Shown piece after piece: positions 29,672 through 45,307 of a stretch of 64,000 nt of DNA. The notes under the pieces were generated by a model, which ran no database searches, was not told the origin of the DNA, and was given only the letters and a program-made list of their open reading frames with translations. The DNA lies in assembly GCA_964016885.1 (NCBI GenBank), contig OZ024746.1, positions 84,878,001-84,942,000 on the forward strand. The letters are read 5' to 3'. A program made the position numbers and the translations under genes. The stretch comes from Eledone cirrhosa. Lineage: Eukaryota. The stretch's first letter is position 1. Every line of letters starts with the position of its first letter.

Positions 29672-30083
29672 CTACTACTACTACTACACACACACACACA
29701 CATATTTGTCTTAAAAGACTCATTTTTCAGTGACTTCTCAATCAGCCGAGACAAACCTACATTTGGCGCAAAATCAATTTTTAACATTCACATGACCTCT
29801 ACCGACCAATCAAAATTGTTTTGACCACAAGAATTTTTTCATACATCTGGAGCCACTTTTTTTTACATAAAACAGGTAGAATTTCCAAAACTAATCAGAT
29901 TAGAGCAAACATCACGGGCGCTCTATCTCAAAATTATTTTTGAAAAGCATTAGAAATGCGCAACCGGTAAAGCTTAAAACCAAAACTGAATACTAACCAA
30001 TACTATTACTAATTTTTACTTATTCCTAATTAAACTATTTTTCACTGGGAACAATTTGTCAGCATTTTCTTTTCCTTTTACCA

Positions 30084-30114
<31 letters not shown>

Positions 30115-30924
30115 TTAGTTTAAAGTTTAGATTTAATAGGAAAAGAATGTTTACGTTTCGGACAGTTGTCCAGCATCTTTCTATTTCATCATCAAATAGA
30201 AAGATATAGAGTGAGTGTCGGTATGTGAGTGAATAGACCTATGTGTCTGTATGTAGGAGTATATATCTTACAGAAACAAACACACATAAAAACATAGATA
30301 TATCTACAGGTGAGTCGTTACATCTCTACATATAAAGATTCACTAAATAAGTATATTATGTATGTATGTATGTATGTATGTATGTATGTATGAATGAATG
30401 TATATATGTATGTATGTATGTATGGTATGTATGTATGTATGTATGTATGTATGTATGTATGTATGTATGGTATGTATGAATGTATGTATGAATGAATGCA
30501 TGTATTTATTTATGTATGTATATTATTATTTAGTCAGGATTCCAACACTAGTATGTGGACATTATAAACTTGACCTGAATGCGAACAACAGAGTGGATTT
30601 CGCTAAAACCACCAAAGTCCAAGAATTTGAACTCAGAATGCAATGAATTGAAACAAATGCAGCAAGGTATCACGATCGACGCTCTAAAAAGGCTGTCAGT
30701 TCACTTCCATAAAATAATTATATTATCTTTATTTTATCACAAAAGGAGAAAAGAAAGCAAAGTCGATAACAATGTGATTTGAACTCTGAGAATCGGAAAA
30801 ATGACTGCAAAGTATTTTGCTCTGTGCTCTAATGACTCTGCCAATTTATGCTTATATCTACATATATATATATATACACAAATGCTTCTATATGTGCTTA
30901 TGTGTACAGAAAACACATGTATAG

Positions 30925-30967
<43 letters not shown>

Positions 30968-31011
30968 CTCCAACCCCCATATATATTATTTATACATATA
31001 TGTACATATAT

Positions 31012-31054
<43 letters not shown>

Positions 31055-31108
31055 TAGCACTTCCTCCGCCTACCATGATAAATGGCAACTTCAGAGAACA
31101 TATATATA

Positions 31109-31206
<98 letters not shown>

Positions 31207-31245
31207 TATATACATATATAAACATATATATATACATATATATAC

Positions 31246-31280
<35 letters not shown>

Positions 31281-31285
31281 CATAC

Positions 31286-31386
<101 letters not shown>

Positions 31387-31701
31387 TATATATATATACA
31401 CACACATATATATATATATGTTCTCTGAAGTTACCATTTATCATGGTAGGCGGAGGAAGCGCTACTTCCGTTCCATTCGGTTCATCTACCAACAAATACA
31501 GTTGGATGTAGTGGAATGATCTATTTACCACTCCAAGACTCCGGTACACTAGCATGCTAGTCACTGCACACAGTTCTGCAGTTTGTTGCAGCCAATCACT
31601 TTCAGCAGATTCATTTCTATACTGTCGTCGTCTGCTTTCATTCAATTGCTTACCGCGCTCTTTTTCTTTTTATACCCATCACTTGTATCTCTTTCTCCTT
31701 T

Positions 31702-31738
<37 letters not shown>

Positions 31739-31971
31739 TTGTTTGCCTTTCTGTCTGTCTCTACCTCTATGCCGTCCGTACTGTTGACAGTTACAAGTTT
31801 ACACACACACAAATATAAATATGTAAATGCATCCTTTATGTTGATACGCACACGTACACATATACGTATGTGTATGTATGTATGTATGTATGTATGTATG
31901 TATGTATGTATGTATGTATGTATATATACATGTATATACTTACATATGTATTTATATATATATATACATAC

Positions 31972-32038
<67 letters not shown>

Positions 32039-32081
32039 TATATATATATATATATACTTATTTATATATATATTTAGCCCT

Positions 32082-32197
<116 letters not shown>

Positions 32198-32550
32198 TTG
32201 TATATATGTATGCATAAACACACATTTGTGCGTGTTTACATGTCCATACGTACATATATATATATATCTACACAAACGGTAAACATTTCTCAATGAATGT
32301 GTGATAAACATGAAAATACATATATACACACGAATAAAATGGAGATATGTAGACAGCCTACAGGAAACATGCTACGTATCTGTTAAACAGCGAATAACCG
32401 CGATAACGATGGCTGCTAGGTAAACTGAAAACCTCGAATCATCAAAATAGCATATGTAATAACCTAACTTGATAGAATACCATTATTTACTTCACTGGTA
32501 GTTTACTAGCTATTTAACCACCAGTAGATAAATACTCCCATCATTATCTT

Positions 32551-32733
32551 GGATTGGCAGTATCGGTAGAGAGTCGGACGCCATGCTTTCCAGCATAGTT
32601 ACGTCCCTTTACGATCTGAGTTCAAATCCCGCCGAGGTTGACTTTGTCTTTCATCCTTACGGGGTCGATAAAATAAAGTACCAGTAATGCACTGGGTAAT
32701 TGCTGGCCTTGTGCCTAAAGTAGAAACAATTAT
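32551..32733 (+). mobile_element. tRNA-derived SINE
   Basis: Same family as 10536; attatctt is duplicated at both ends. Confidence 0.9.
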
Positions 32734-33387
32734 CTTACTTCGACAAATTCCATACTGAAACTATACTTTAATATAAATGTAATTTAGAACTACCAGCCCT
32801 GGCTTCGCTGCTCTCCAGGTCGAAGCGGGTAAACTCCCAAACTATCATGCTGCTCGCTAATGGGTTTGTGGTCGAGCCTGTGACAGTGGCATTCTTGGTT
32901 CCCGGACCACATCTCTATTCCCTTTTATCGGGGTGGAGTTAGGTACCCGTAATTTTGAGCCTCGTGAGTTGGAGATGCTTTTCTAGCGCGTCTCCCTCGC
33001 CATCCTCCCGAGAAATGTCTTCTCTAGTCTGTTCGCGGAGACCGCAAGGTAGACTAACCCTTAAACAGTGAGTAGCGTATACAGACCTCTCTCTCTCACA
33101 CAGAGTAAACAGTTGTCTTCTGAAAGACACAGAAACACATTTATGGTAGTGACATCGATTGAATAAACAGTTAAGGTTTTATTTTTAATTGTATGTTTGA
33201 TAAATTTATATCTATCTATATATCTATGCATGTGTGTGTGTGTGTGGAAAGAGGGAGAGAGGGAAAGAAGGACAAGATATTCATTGAGACTAGTAGGACA
33301 GTTATTCAACTTATTACTCCAAACTTTAAGAAAAGAGCGTGTAGATATTGAAAAACGGCGATCAAGCTTAAGCTGGTTTATATAATT

Positions 33388-33516
33388 ATAATTGTTTCTA
33401 CATTTGGCAGAAGGCCAGCAATTATACAGTGCATTACTGGTACTTTATTTTATCGACCCCGTAAGGATGAAAGGCAAAGTTAACCTCGACGGGATTTGAA
33501 CTCAGACCGTAAAGGC
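33388..33516 (-). mobile_element. 5'-truncated SINE
   Basis: Reverse complement of the SINE body from B-box to tail. Confidence 0.85.
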
Positions 33517-33676
33517 CATAGATATATATAATATTTTCCACTATGGTGGAAAATATTATATATATCTATGATCGACAGTGAAACATATGTAATATGTTAT
33601 TAAATATGTTATGATGCAACACTGATTCTTTGTTCCTTTATTCTAATACTATATATATATGTGTGTGTGTGTATGT

Positions 33677-33781
<105 letters not shown>

Positions 33782-34171
33782 CAAAACGATAAAGCAGACA
33801 TATGTTGGTATTGATGCGACTCTCCACACATACTAACATAAATGTCACTCTTAAACCATATAACCACTGACACACATACAGGTTCATATGCCAGCAGAAC
33901 ATGACATGATCATAAACGGCTCAGAATGTCGTACAAAGCTGCACATACCTACACATATATACATAACTACATACACACACGCATGCATACATACATACAT
34001 ACATGCATACATACATGCATACATATATAAGTATATACATACATACATATGTACATATATGCATACATACATAAGTACATACATACATACGTACATACAT
34101 GCATGCATACAAAAATACATACACATATAAGTACATACATAAATACATACATACATACATACATACATACA

Positions 34172-34340
34172 TGCGGACAAAGAGCGCAGATCCCTAATTC
34201 ATAGTCTACAAATGGCACCTTCAAAATTTGCAAAACATTCTTGCGATTCAAGGGATGACAATTTCTTTTCTTTTACAACCTTGCCACCAGGAAGGTGGCC
34301 GGTCAAAAAAATATACTCGAAATTAAGAGAAAGAGATAAC
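34172..34340 (+). mobile_element. Short 3'-terminal copy of the (TACA)n-inserted RLE retrotransposon
   Basis: Near-identical to 35159-35340 apart from a short internal deletion; flanked by (TACA)n. Confidence 0.85.
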
Positions 34341-34706
34341 ATACATACATACATACATACATACATACATACATACATGCATACATGCATACATGCATAC
34401 ATGCATACATACATGCATACATACATACATGCATACATACATACATACATACATACATACATACATACATACATACACACATACATACATACATACATGC
34501 ATACATACATACATACACACATACATACATACACACATACATACATACATACATACATGCATACATACATACATACACACATACATACATGCATACATAC
34601 ATACATACACACACACACATACATACATACATACATACATACATACATACATGCATACATGCATACATACATACATACATGCATACATACATACATACAT
34701 ACATAC

Positions 34707-35340
34707 ATCGAGGATGTAAGCCACATTGTTGCCAGCTGCGAAAGAATGTCATCTCGCTACTACCTCCCCATGAGACACGATGGGATAGCTAGAACCATCT
34801 GGAACGCACTTCGGAAAACAAAATCAACAACAAACGAGGAAGAATATATTGAGACAGATGGCACTAAGGAATACTGGTGGAACCTGAAAATAAAAACTGC
34901 CACCAAATTAAAGCACAACCGGCCTGATATTGTAGTTTGGGACCACACATTGAAAACGTGTTCTGTTGTGGAGATCAGCTGCCCACTTGATGTAAACGTT
35001 GTCAGAAAAATACAGGAGAAGGAGGACATCTACGGACCATTGATGAGGAGTTTACAAATCCAGTATCCAAGATACACCTTTAGCTTCATACCCATCATTA
35101 TTGGTGCTACGGGTTATATACCAACCCGCTTGGACCAAAGTATGACTGAACTTGGATTTGCGGACAAAAAGCGCAGCTCCCTAATTCATAGTCTACAAAT
35201 GGCTGCGATAGCTGGCACCTTCAAAATTTGCAAAACATTCTTGCGATTCAAGGGATGACAATTTCTTTTCTTTTACAACCTTGCCACCAGGAAGGTGGCC
35301 GGTCAAAAAATATACTCAAAATTAAGAGAAAGAGAAAACA
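34707..35340 (+). mobile_element. 5'-truncated R4/Dong-like non-LTR retrotransposon (zinc-knuckle end + RLE domain + 3' UTR)
   Basis: Open frame to stop at 35258: EDVSHIVASC...RHDGIA...HNRPDIVVWD...VVEISCPLD...KEDIY...PIIIGATG. Flanked by (TACA)n on both sides. Confidence 0.9.
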
Positions 35341-35457
35341 TACATACATGCATGCATGCATACATACATACATACATACATGCATACATACATACATACA
35401 TACATACATACATACATACATACATGCATACATACATACATCCACACGTACATACAA

Positions 35458-35508
<51 letters not shown>

Positions 35509-35714
35509 TACATACATACATACATACATACATACATACATACATACATACATACATACATACGTACGTACGTACATACATACATACATACATACATACA
35601 TACATACATACATACATACATACATACATGCATGCATACATACATACATACATACATACATACATACATACATACATACATACATACATACATACATACA
35701 TACATACGTATGTA

Positions 35715-35965
35715 CGTCGGTGGTCTGTGAAACGCCGCTGGAAAGTAATTCTTGTTGATCAAGCACTCTAGATTGCTATGTGACACACTGGATTGGGACG
35801 GAAAGACATCTGGGGACAAGTTTTCTCCTGTGTGACAGCTGCATGAACTGTTGGAATATAGAAGCATAGTGGAACATACCACCTCGGGGCAAGACATGGC
35901 AGCCTGTTAAAATGTTTTGTGGCGATTCAATCTCATGCATAATTACACACAATGACAAGGTGGCA
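35715..35965 (-). pseudogene. Possible degenerate non-LTR zinc-knuckle region
   Basis: Minus ORF SLC...IESPQNILTGC resembles C..C...ES..HIL.GC; it abuts (TACA)n. Confidence 0.3.
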
Positions 35966-36108
35966 CATACATACTAGTGTGTATGTGTATGTACATGTGT
36001 GCGTGTGAGTATGCGTATATTCTAAGGCATATATCATATCTAATTATATAGACGCTTTGGCTGGCATATTTTCACATTGAGATGACATCAACAGTAAAAT
36101 GTTATGTA

Positions 36109-36163
<55 letters not shown>

Positions 36164-36192
36164 GGGGAGAGAGAGAGAGAGAGAGAGAGAGT

Positions 36193-36256
<64 letters not shown>

Positions 36257-36342
36257 TATGAGTTTTGTATCTGGGAATCTACGTATAAATATATCCATCA
36301 TGTTATGTGAATTTTATGATGGATCCAAACACACACACACAC

Positions 36343-36478
<136 letters not shown>

Positions 36479-37485
36479 GCATATATATATATATATATAC
36501 AGAAAGAAAGAGAGAGGAGGAGTCAGAGAGAAGTTACCGTGTTAATGAAGGCCAATATATTTAATGCAGTGGTGCAAAACAATTTAATTGGAAAAAAATA
36601 TGCGGTGAGGAAAAGTCAACATTAAGTCAATGATTACTATTATTGCAATTATTACAGCAATTATGAGAGACAACTCAGGACATGTTTCTTCTATATTACT
36701 AGACCTCTTTAGCCAAGTATAGATTTCAACCTAGTTGCTGAAATAATGAAGCAAGAATCATCCAATAGACGCAAAATAACTTATGACAGAAGACGTGATG
36801 AATTAGCTTTTCAAAATTAGTTATTCAAAAATACGTTATTAAGGTCAATTACACAGAGGCGCCGTTCGTATAAATGACAAACGTTAGCGAGCATCACAGG
36901 TTTAATTAGAAAATGGTCGCGCAATGAGAAAAATTCCATATCGCTTTCATGGTTAATAATATTTTATTAGTTTCAATAAGATCAGGGGACGATTCAGAAC
37001 ATGTTTTGTTCAAATTCGATCTCATTAGGAAAACATAGAAGACATCTTACTTGCCAAAGTAATGACGAGAAAAGCTTTGAATGGATCAGCAAAACTATAT
37101 GTGTGTGTGTATGCATATAAATACATATGCATACCTACATATACATACATACACACACACACACACATATAATATATGTGAGAGTCTGCTTGTGTGCGTT
37201 TATCTTTGTGTGTGATAGTGTGCGTGTATGTGTGTATGTGAGTGTGTGAGTGTGTGTGTGTGTGTATGTGCATGTGTTTTTTGTATATCTTCCACGGTTA
37301 TATTTAATTTAAATTTCGCTCAATCTTCTAATTCGCTTGTTAAATTTCTCGTCGAAGGAAAATCAGCTTGTGTATAAATTATGTGTGCTTGTTAATTCAG
37401 TATTGTTAACCTGACAACACATTGAAAAATAGTTCATAGTTGTGTTTTCTGGTGTGTTGGTGTGTAGAGGGCGTAGGAAAGAGAT

Positions 37486-37531
<46 letters not shown>

Positions 37532-37822
37532 TGGTGTGAGTGTGTGGGAGAAATTTTACATTAAAAAATAATTAGTTTTTACTGAAGTATACTTTTGCGT
37601 AGCAAACGTTTGCTTTACATGTGTTTTCTATGGAATATTTTTGTCATGTACAATTACAATCACTAATTGATACAAGCTTATTTTCTTCTTCTCGTTTAAC
37701 ACATTTATACAGTTGATTCTTAGTGATCTGTCTATATAAAATTATTGAATTCTGACCTAATTTTAACAACATTTGGGGGGTGGATGTTTATAAATATTCA
37801 ATAAAGATGTATACTACACACA

Positions 37823-37900
<78 letters not shown>

Positions 37901-38128
37901 CATATATATAATATATATATATTCAATTGTAGAATAATCTTATCATCATCTGATATAGGTTTGATATTTTATCATCTTTTGTCATCGCTAAAATGTGTTT
38001 ATATCTCGCCTACTTGACATGTGATTTCTGTTGAGTATGCATTACTTAATTTATCAATTTATCAGCCATTTATTCGTGTTATTGCTTATCTCCAGCATAA
38101 CCTCTATAAAACAGTCCAATAGAATCAT

Positions 38129-38635
38129 ACGCAGCTAGATAACAATAGCCTGCGCATCGGCGTTTCCCTGAGGCTTGGCCTCCGGATCTGCCAGCCACAC
38201 CAATGTCGCTGCGGTTCCTCCGTGGACTCTTTCGGCCTCCACCCGCTTTCCTGTCGCCACAGTGCCAGCCGCATTCCACGCCATGCTGCCCTCAACGAGG
38301 TCATTAAGCATTGCTTGGACGCTGCAGGCTTCCCTTGCGAGCTCGAGCCGGTGGGGCTGGATCGAGGGGACGGCAAAAGGCCAGATGGCAGGACCATCTT
38401 CCCGTTCCGCGGTGGCAAACCCCTCGTCTGGGATGCCACTTGCACCGACACTTTCTGTAGCCGCAACCTGGTGCAGTCTGCGACTGATCCAGGTTCTGCT
38501 GCACGCCGGGCTGAGGGGGCCAAACTCCTCAAATACCGGTCGCTCTCCGACAGGTTTGCGGTCGTACCCCTGGCAGTGAAGACTTCTGGTGTCCTGAGCC
38601 CCAGGGCTACCTCCTTACTCACCACCATAGGGGCG
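38129..38635 (+). mobile_element. CRE-clade-like non-LTR retrotransposon fragment (CCHC + RLE)
   Basis: Uninterrupted frame TQLDNNSLRIGVSLRLG..C.PHQCRCG..VD.FGLHPLSC...RHAALN...EP.GL.RGDGKRPDG.TI.PF.GGK.LVWDATC.DT...KY..L....VPLAV.TSG; visibly GC-rich island. Confidence 0.85.
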
Positions 38636-38682
38636 TACCGTTGTAGTTGTTGTAGAAGAAACAGGAAGACAACAACTGGAAT

Positions 38683-41246
38683 GCTACATATTATTGCTAT
38701 ATATAACCTCCATAACTATATATTATTGCTATATATAACTTCCTTAACTATATATTATTGCTATATATAACCTCCATAACTATATATTATTGCTATATAT
38801 AACCTCCATAACTATATATTATTGCTATATATAACTTCCTTAACTATATATTATTGCTATATATAACTTCCTTAACTATATATTATTGCTATATATAACC
38901 TCCATAACTATATATTATTGCTATATATAACTTCCTTAACTATATATTATTGCTATATATAACTTCCATAACTATATATTATTGCTATATATAACCTCCA
39001 TAACTATATATTATTGCTATATATAACTTCCTTAACTATATATTATTGCTATATATAACTTCCTTAACTATATATTATTGCTATATATAACTTCCTTAAC
39101 TATATATTATTGCTATATATAACTTCCTTAACTATATATTATTGCTATATATAACCTCCTTAACTATATATTATTGCTATATATAACTTCCTTAACTATA
39201 TATTATTGCTATATATAACTTCCTTAACTATATATTATTGCTATATATAACTTCCTTAACTATATATTATTGCTATATATAACTTCCATAACTATATATT
39301 ATTGCTATATATAACTTCCTTAACTATATATTATTGCTATATATAACTTCCTTAACTATATATTATTGCTATATATAACTTCCTTAACTATATATTATTG
39401 CTATATATAACTTCCTTAACTATATATTATTGCTATATATACCTTCCTTAACTATATATTATTGCTATATATACCTTCCATAACTATATATTATTGCTAT
39501 ATATAACCTCCATAACTATATATTATTGCTATATATAACTTCCTTAACTATATATTATTGCTATATATACCTTCCTTAACTATATATTATTGCTATATAT
39601 AACTTCCTTAACTATATATTATTGCTATATATACCTTCCTTAACTATATATTATTGCTATATATAACCTCCATAACTATATATTATTGCTATATATAACC
39701 TCCATAACTATATATTATTGCTCTATATATAACTTCCTTAACTATATATTATTGCTATATATAACTTCCTTAACTATATATTATTGCTATATATAACCTC
39801 CATAACTATATATTATTGCTATATATAACCTCCATAACTACATATTATTGCTATATATAACCTCCATAACTATATATTATTGCTATATATAACTTCCTTA
39901 ACTATATATTATTGCTATATATAACCTCCATATCTATATATTATTGCTATATATAACTTCCTTAACTATATATTATTGCTATATATAACTTCCTTAACTA
40001 TATATTATTGCTATATATAACCTCCATATCTATATATTATTGCTATATATAACTTCCTTAACTATATATTATTGCTATATATAACTTCCTTAACTATATA
40101 TTATTGCTATATATAACCTCCATATCTATATATTATTGCTATATATAACTTCCTTAACTATATATTATTGCTATATATAACCTCCATATCTATATATTAT
40201 TGCTATATATAACTTCCTTAACTATATATTATTGCTATATATAACTTCCTTAACTATATATTATTGCTATATATAACCTCCATATCTATATATTATTGCT
40301 ATATATAACTTCCTTAACTATATATTATTGCTATATATAACCTCCATATCTATATATTATTGCTATATATAACTTCCTTAACTATATATTATTGCTATAT
40401 ATAACTTCCTTAACTATATATTATTGCTATATATAACCTCCATATCTATATATTATTGCTATATATAACCTCCATATCTATATATTATTGCTATATATAA
40501 CTTCCTTAACTATATATTATTGCTATATATAACCTCCATATCTATATATTATTGCTATATATAACTTCCTTAACTATATATTATTGCTATATATAACCTC
40601 CATATCTATATATTATTGCTATATATAACTTCCTTAACTATATATTATTGCTATATATAACTTCCTTAACTATATATTATTGCTATATATAACCTCCATA
40701 ACTATATATTATTGCTATATATAACCTCCATATCTATATATTATTGCTCTATATATAACTTCCTTAACTATATATTATTGCTATATATAACCTCCATAAC
40801 TATATATTATTGCTATATATAACCTCCATAACTATATATTATTGCTATATATAACTTCCTTAACTATATATTATTGCTATATATAACCTCCATAACTATA
40901 TATTATTGCTATATATAACCTCCATAACTATATATTATTGCTATATATAACTTCCTTAACTATATATTATTGCTATATATAACCTCCATATCTATATATT
41001 ATTGCTATATATAACCTCCATATCTATATATTATTGCTATATATAACTTCCTTAACTATATATTATTGCTATATATAACCTCCATATCTATATATTATTG
41101 CTATATATAACTTCCTTAACTATATATTATTGCTATATATAACCTCCATATCTATATATTATTGCTATATATAACTTCCTTAACTATATATTATTGCTCT
41201 ATATATAACTTCCTTAACTATATATTATTGCTATATATAACTTCCA
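38683..41246. repeat. 32-bp AT-rich minisatellite (about 80 units, ctatatattattgctatatataacYtccWtaa)
   Basis: 32-bp period with variant types ttccttaa / ctccataa / ctccatat. Confidence 0.97.
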
Positions 41247-41778
41247 GTCATTACTGTGTCGTCTTTTTAAGAGTATGAAAGGCTACGTTGTTTAACATTC
41301 CCTTTCCTTATGTAACCGTTAGGGTGTGATTTCAGTCACATATTTCAAATATGAGTGATACATACAGTAGCACATAATCTTTTCTTAATTACAAATAGTA
41401 ATTAGTAAATGGATGATTAGCCTCTCGTGACTTAAATACAAAAATAAAGATCTTGTAAGGTTTATGTCTTTATTTTTTCTTCTAAAATTCATATCAAATG
41501 CAGAATAATGATACCTTATCAGTTGGCTTACTAATTGACTGATATCTTATACTACATTCACCACACTTCAACGATATTGATTTATTACATAGAAACAAAG
41601 CTAGAGTGTTATATATGGAAGGGGATGGGACTGTGTGATTGTCATGCCTCTCTCAAGTAAAGTCATTAACCGCATAATTAATTGCTATGGCTACGATTGA
41701 AGATCGAAACAAAAGGTTATTAAACTTTTTTTTATTTTTGCTATTAATAATTGTTCAGCTCGTTGATTGTTGTTGTAC

Positions 41779-41819
<41 letters not shown>

Positions 41820-41968
41820 TGTTTTTCATTTCCTATTTACACATATGCATATGCATGCATGTGTGTATGCGTTATACATAGATGCAATTTGTATGTATTA
41901 TATATGTCCATATGTGTATATATACATATGCATCTGTATATCATATATATCTACATACATATATATAC

Positions 41969-41999
<31 letters not shown>

Positions 42000-42253
42000 T
42001 ATATTTATACATATATATATACATATATAGTATTAGTTATACTATTTATGGTTATGTAAATACAAAACCTTATGCAGTTATAAGTATTTTACACACACCC
42101 TAAATAGTGGTAGGCAGTAATGTATTACTGCCACTCTAAATTCTGTAATGAATGTTGACCCACAATGTTTGAATATGTATCAATGTTTGAATATGTATCG
42201 GTATGTCTCTCTGCTGAAAAGGAGGTTATATAACTGTCCATGCATTAATAAAT

Positions 42254-42300
42254 TGCTCCGAAGAATCCAAACCTCGGTTTGGAGGAAACAGCTGTAAGCA
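42254..42300 (+). ncRNA. Minimal type I hammerhead motif (core CCGAAGA variant)
   Basis: tgct-CCGAAGA-a tccaaac ctcg gtttgga g-GAAA-cagctg-TA^-agca. Palindromic stem III ACAGCTGT; (TA)n just downstream. Confidence 0.65.
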
Positions 42301-42330
42301 CAATAATGTTTTGAACAGTTCTTTGATTCT

Positions 42331-42405
<75 letters not shown>

Positions 42406-42653
42406 TATATACATATATACATGTAAATATATATATATAATATATATATATACATATATACATATAAATATATATATATATATAAACGTTTGTACATGTA
42501 TAATAAAGCCAAAGCAATGCAGGTATGGACATAGAATAAAGAATGCAAATGCAAAAGATATTGTTGACAATTAGTCTTTTACCTTAGATTTATTTAAATG
42601 TTCTTAATTTTCGAGATAATATATCTTCTTCGGAGGGAAGTAAAGCGGTTAAA

Positions 42654-42852
<199 letters not shown>

Positions 42853-42860
42853 TATATAAA

Positions 42861-42910
<50 letters not shown>

Positions 42911-43087
42911 TATAAATATTTATATATATATATACATATATATATATAAACATATAAATATATATATATATTTATATGTATATATATGTATATATGTATA
43001 TATATATATATTTATATGTATATATATATGTATATATATGTATATATATATATGTGTGTATATATATATATATACACATATATATAC

Positions 43088-43120
<33 letters not shown>

Positions 43121-43789
43121 CCTATATATATATACATATATATACATATATATATACATATAAATATATATATATATACATATATACATATATATACATA
43201 AATATATATATATATATATACGTGTATTTCCTTTGGGTGTTATTTAGTTTTGTTTCTAGCAATTCAACTGACTTAATAAAGTATCTCCATTGGTTTTTTG
43301 GCCAAATAGAAAAGGTGACAAAATGGAACATTCCTTAATTCTTGAGAATGTTCAGCCACATATTTTGGATATTGTAACTTATTTCGTCTAAATGTGCATC
43401 ATCACTATAAGCATCAACATTAGAAGTACTACTACCTTCACAACATCACCATCATCAACTACATCACTCACAGTGTCCTTATATTCACAGCTATTACGAC
43501 CACCGTGGCCACGACTCTCAACATCACCGCCACCATCAGCGCCATCATCACCGATATAACCATGACAATTACAACCACCATAATTATCACCAACATCACC
43601 AGCATAACCGTTTCTACCATGGCCATCACCACTACAAACATCACCAATGTCACCAGTATCAATAACAACACCAACACCAACATTACCACCATCACAAACA
43701 TGATCGTAACCATCACCCCCCACCCAACCGCACCATCACCACCACCACAGCAGTAACAACAATAACAAGAAAAACATCACAACTACTAA

Positions 43790-45175
43790 TACCACCACCA
43801 CCACCACCATCAGCACCACAACCACCATCACCACCACCACCACCACTACCACCACCACCACCACCACCCCAACACCACCACCACAACACTCACCAATATA
43901 AATACCACTAATATCAGCAATAACAAAACCACCACCACCACCACCACCACCACCACCACCACCACCAGCAACACCACCACCACCACCACCACCACCACCA
44001 CCACCACCACCACCACCAACGTCACCACCACCACCACCACCACCACCACCACCACCGCAACAGTCACCAATATAAATACCACTAATACCACCAACGTCAC
44101 CACCACCACCAACACCATCAACACCACCACCACCACCACCACAACAGTCACCAATATAAATACCACTAATATCAGCAATAACAAAACCACCACCACCACC
44201 ACCACCACCACCACCACCACCACCACCACCAGCAACACCACCACCACCACCACCACCACCACCACCACCACCACCACCAACGTCACCACCACCACCACCA
44301 CCACCACCACCACCGCAACAGTCACCAATATAAATACCACTAATACCACCAACGTCACCACCACCACCAACACCATCATCAACACCACCAACACCACCAA
44401 CGTCACCACCACCACCACCACCACCACCACCAACGTCACCACCACCACCACCACCACCACCACCACTACCACCACCACCACCACCACCACAACAGTCACC
44501 AATATAAATACCACTAACACCACCATCACCACCACCACCACCAACATCACCACCACCACCACCAACACCACCACCACCACAACAGTCACCAATATAAATA
44601 CCACTAACACCACCACCACCACCACCACCACCAGCAGCACCACCAACGTCACCACCACCACCACCACCACCACCACCACTACCACCACCACCACCACCAC
44701 CACAACAGTCACCAATATAAATACCACTAACACCACCATCACCACCACCACCACCAACATCACCACCACCACCACCAACACCACCACCACCACAACAGTC
44801 ACCAATATAAATACCACTAACACCACCACCACCACCACCACCACCACCACCACCACCAACGTCACCACCACCACCACCACCACCACCACCACTACCACCA
44901 CCACCACCACCACCACAACAGTCACCAATATAAATACCACTAACACCACCATCACCACCACCACCACCAACATCACCACCACCACCACCAACACCACCAC
45001 CACCACAACAGTCACCAATATAAATACCACTAACACCACCACCACCACCACCACCACCAGCAGCACCACCACCACCACCAGCAGCACCAGCAGCACCACC
45101 ACCACCACCACCACCACCACCACCACCAGCAGCACCACCACCACCACCACCACCACCACCACCACCACCACGGCC
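43790..45175. repeat. CAC-rich compound repeat with recurring acaacagtcaccaatataaataccactaa block
   Basis: Directly visible; explains the poly-V ORF. Confidence 0.85.
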
Positions 45176-45307
45176 ATCACATCCTATTAACGTAAGTGGA
45201 ATACTGTAATTAGGATCAGAGTCAATATCATAATTAGGAAAACTTATTGATTAGTTTCTCAATCAATAATTGATAATTGTGCTATTGTTGTTGTTGTTGG
45301 CACAGTT

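Noticed and set aside
30145-30180. Hammerhead on minus strand (ggac aact gtcc GAAA cgt)
   Set aside because: CTGANGA core and stem I are absent; at most a decayed 3' half.
32760-33153. Possible solo LTR ending in gtgaca
   Set aside because: No matching TG start with a TSD could be defined.
34212-34706. N-terminal half of the 348-aa ORF
   Set aside because: Read-through of (TACA)n into the retrotransposon fragment; only 34707-35258 is real coding remnant.
36560-36980. Enhancer-like unique sequence with TAATTA motifs
   Set aside because: Such motifs are expected by chance in AT-rich DNA; conservation data are needed.
43846-45180. 444-aa poly-Val ORF
   Set aside because: Reverse translation of a (CAC)n compound repeat.
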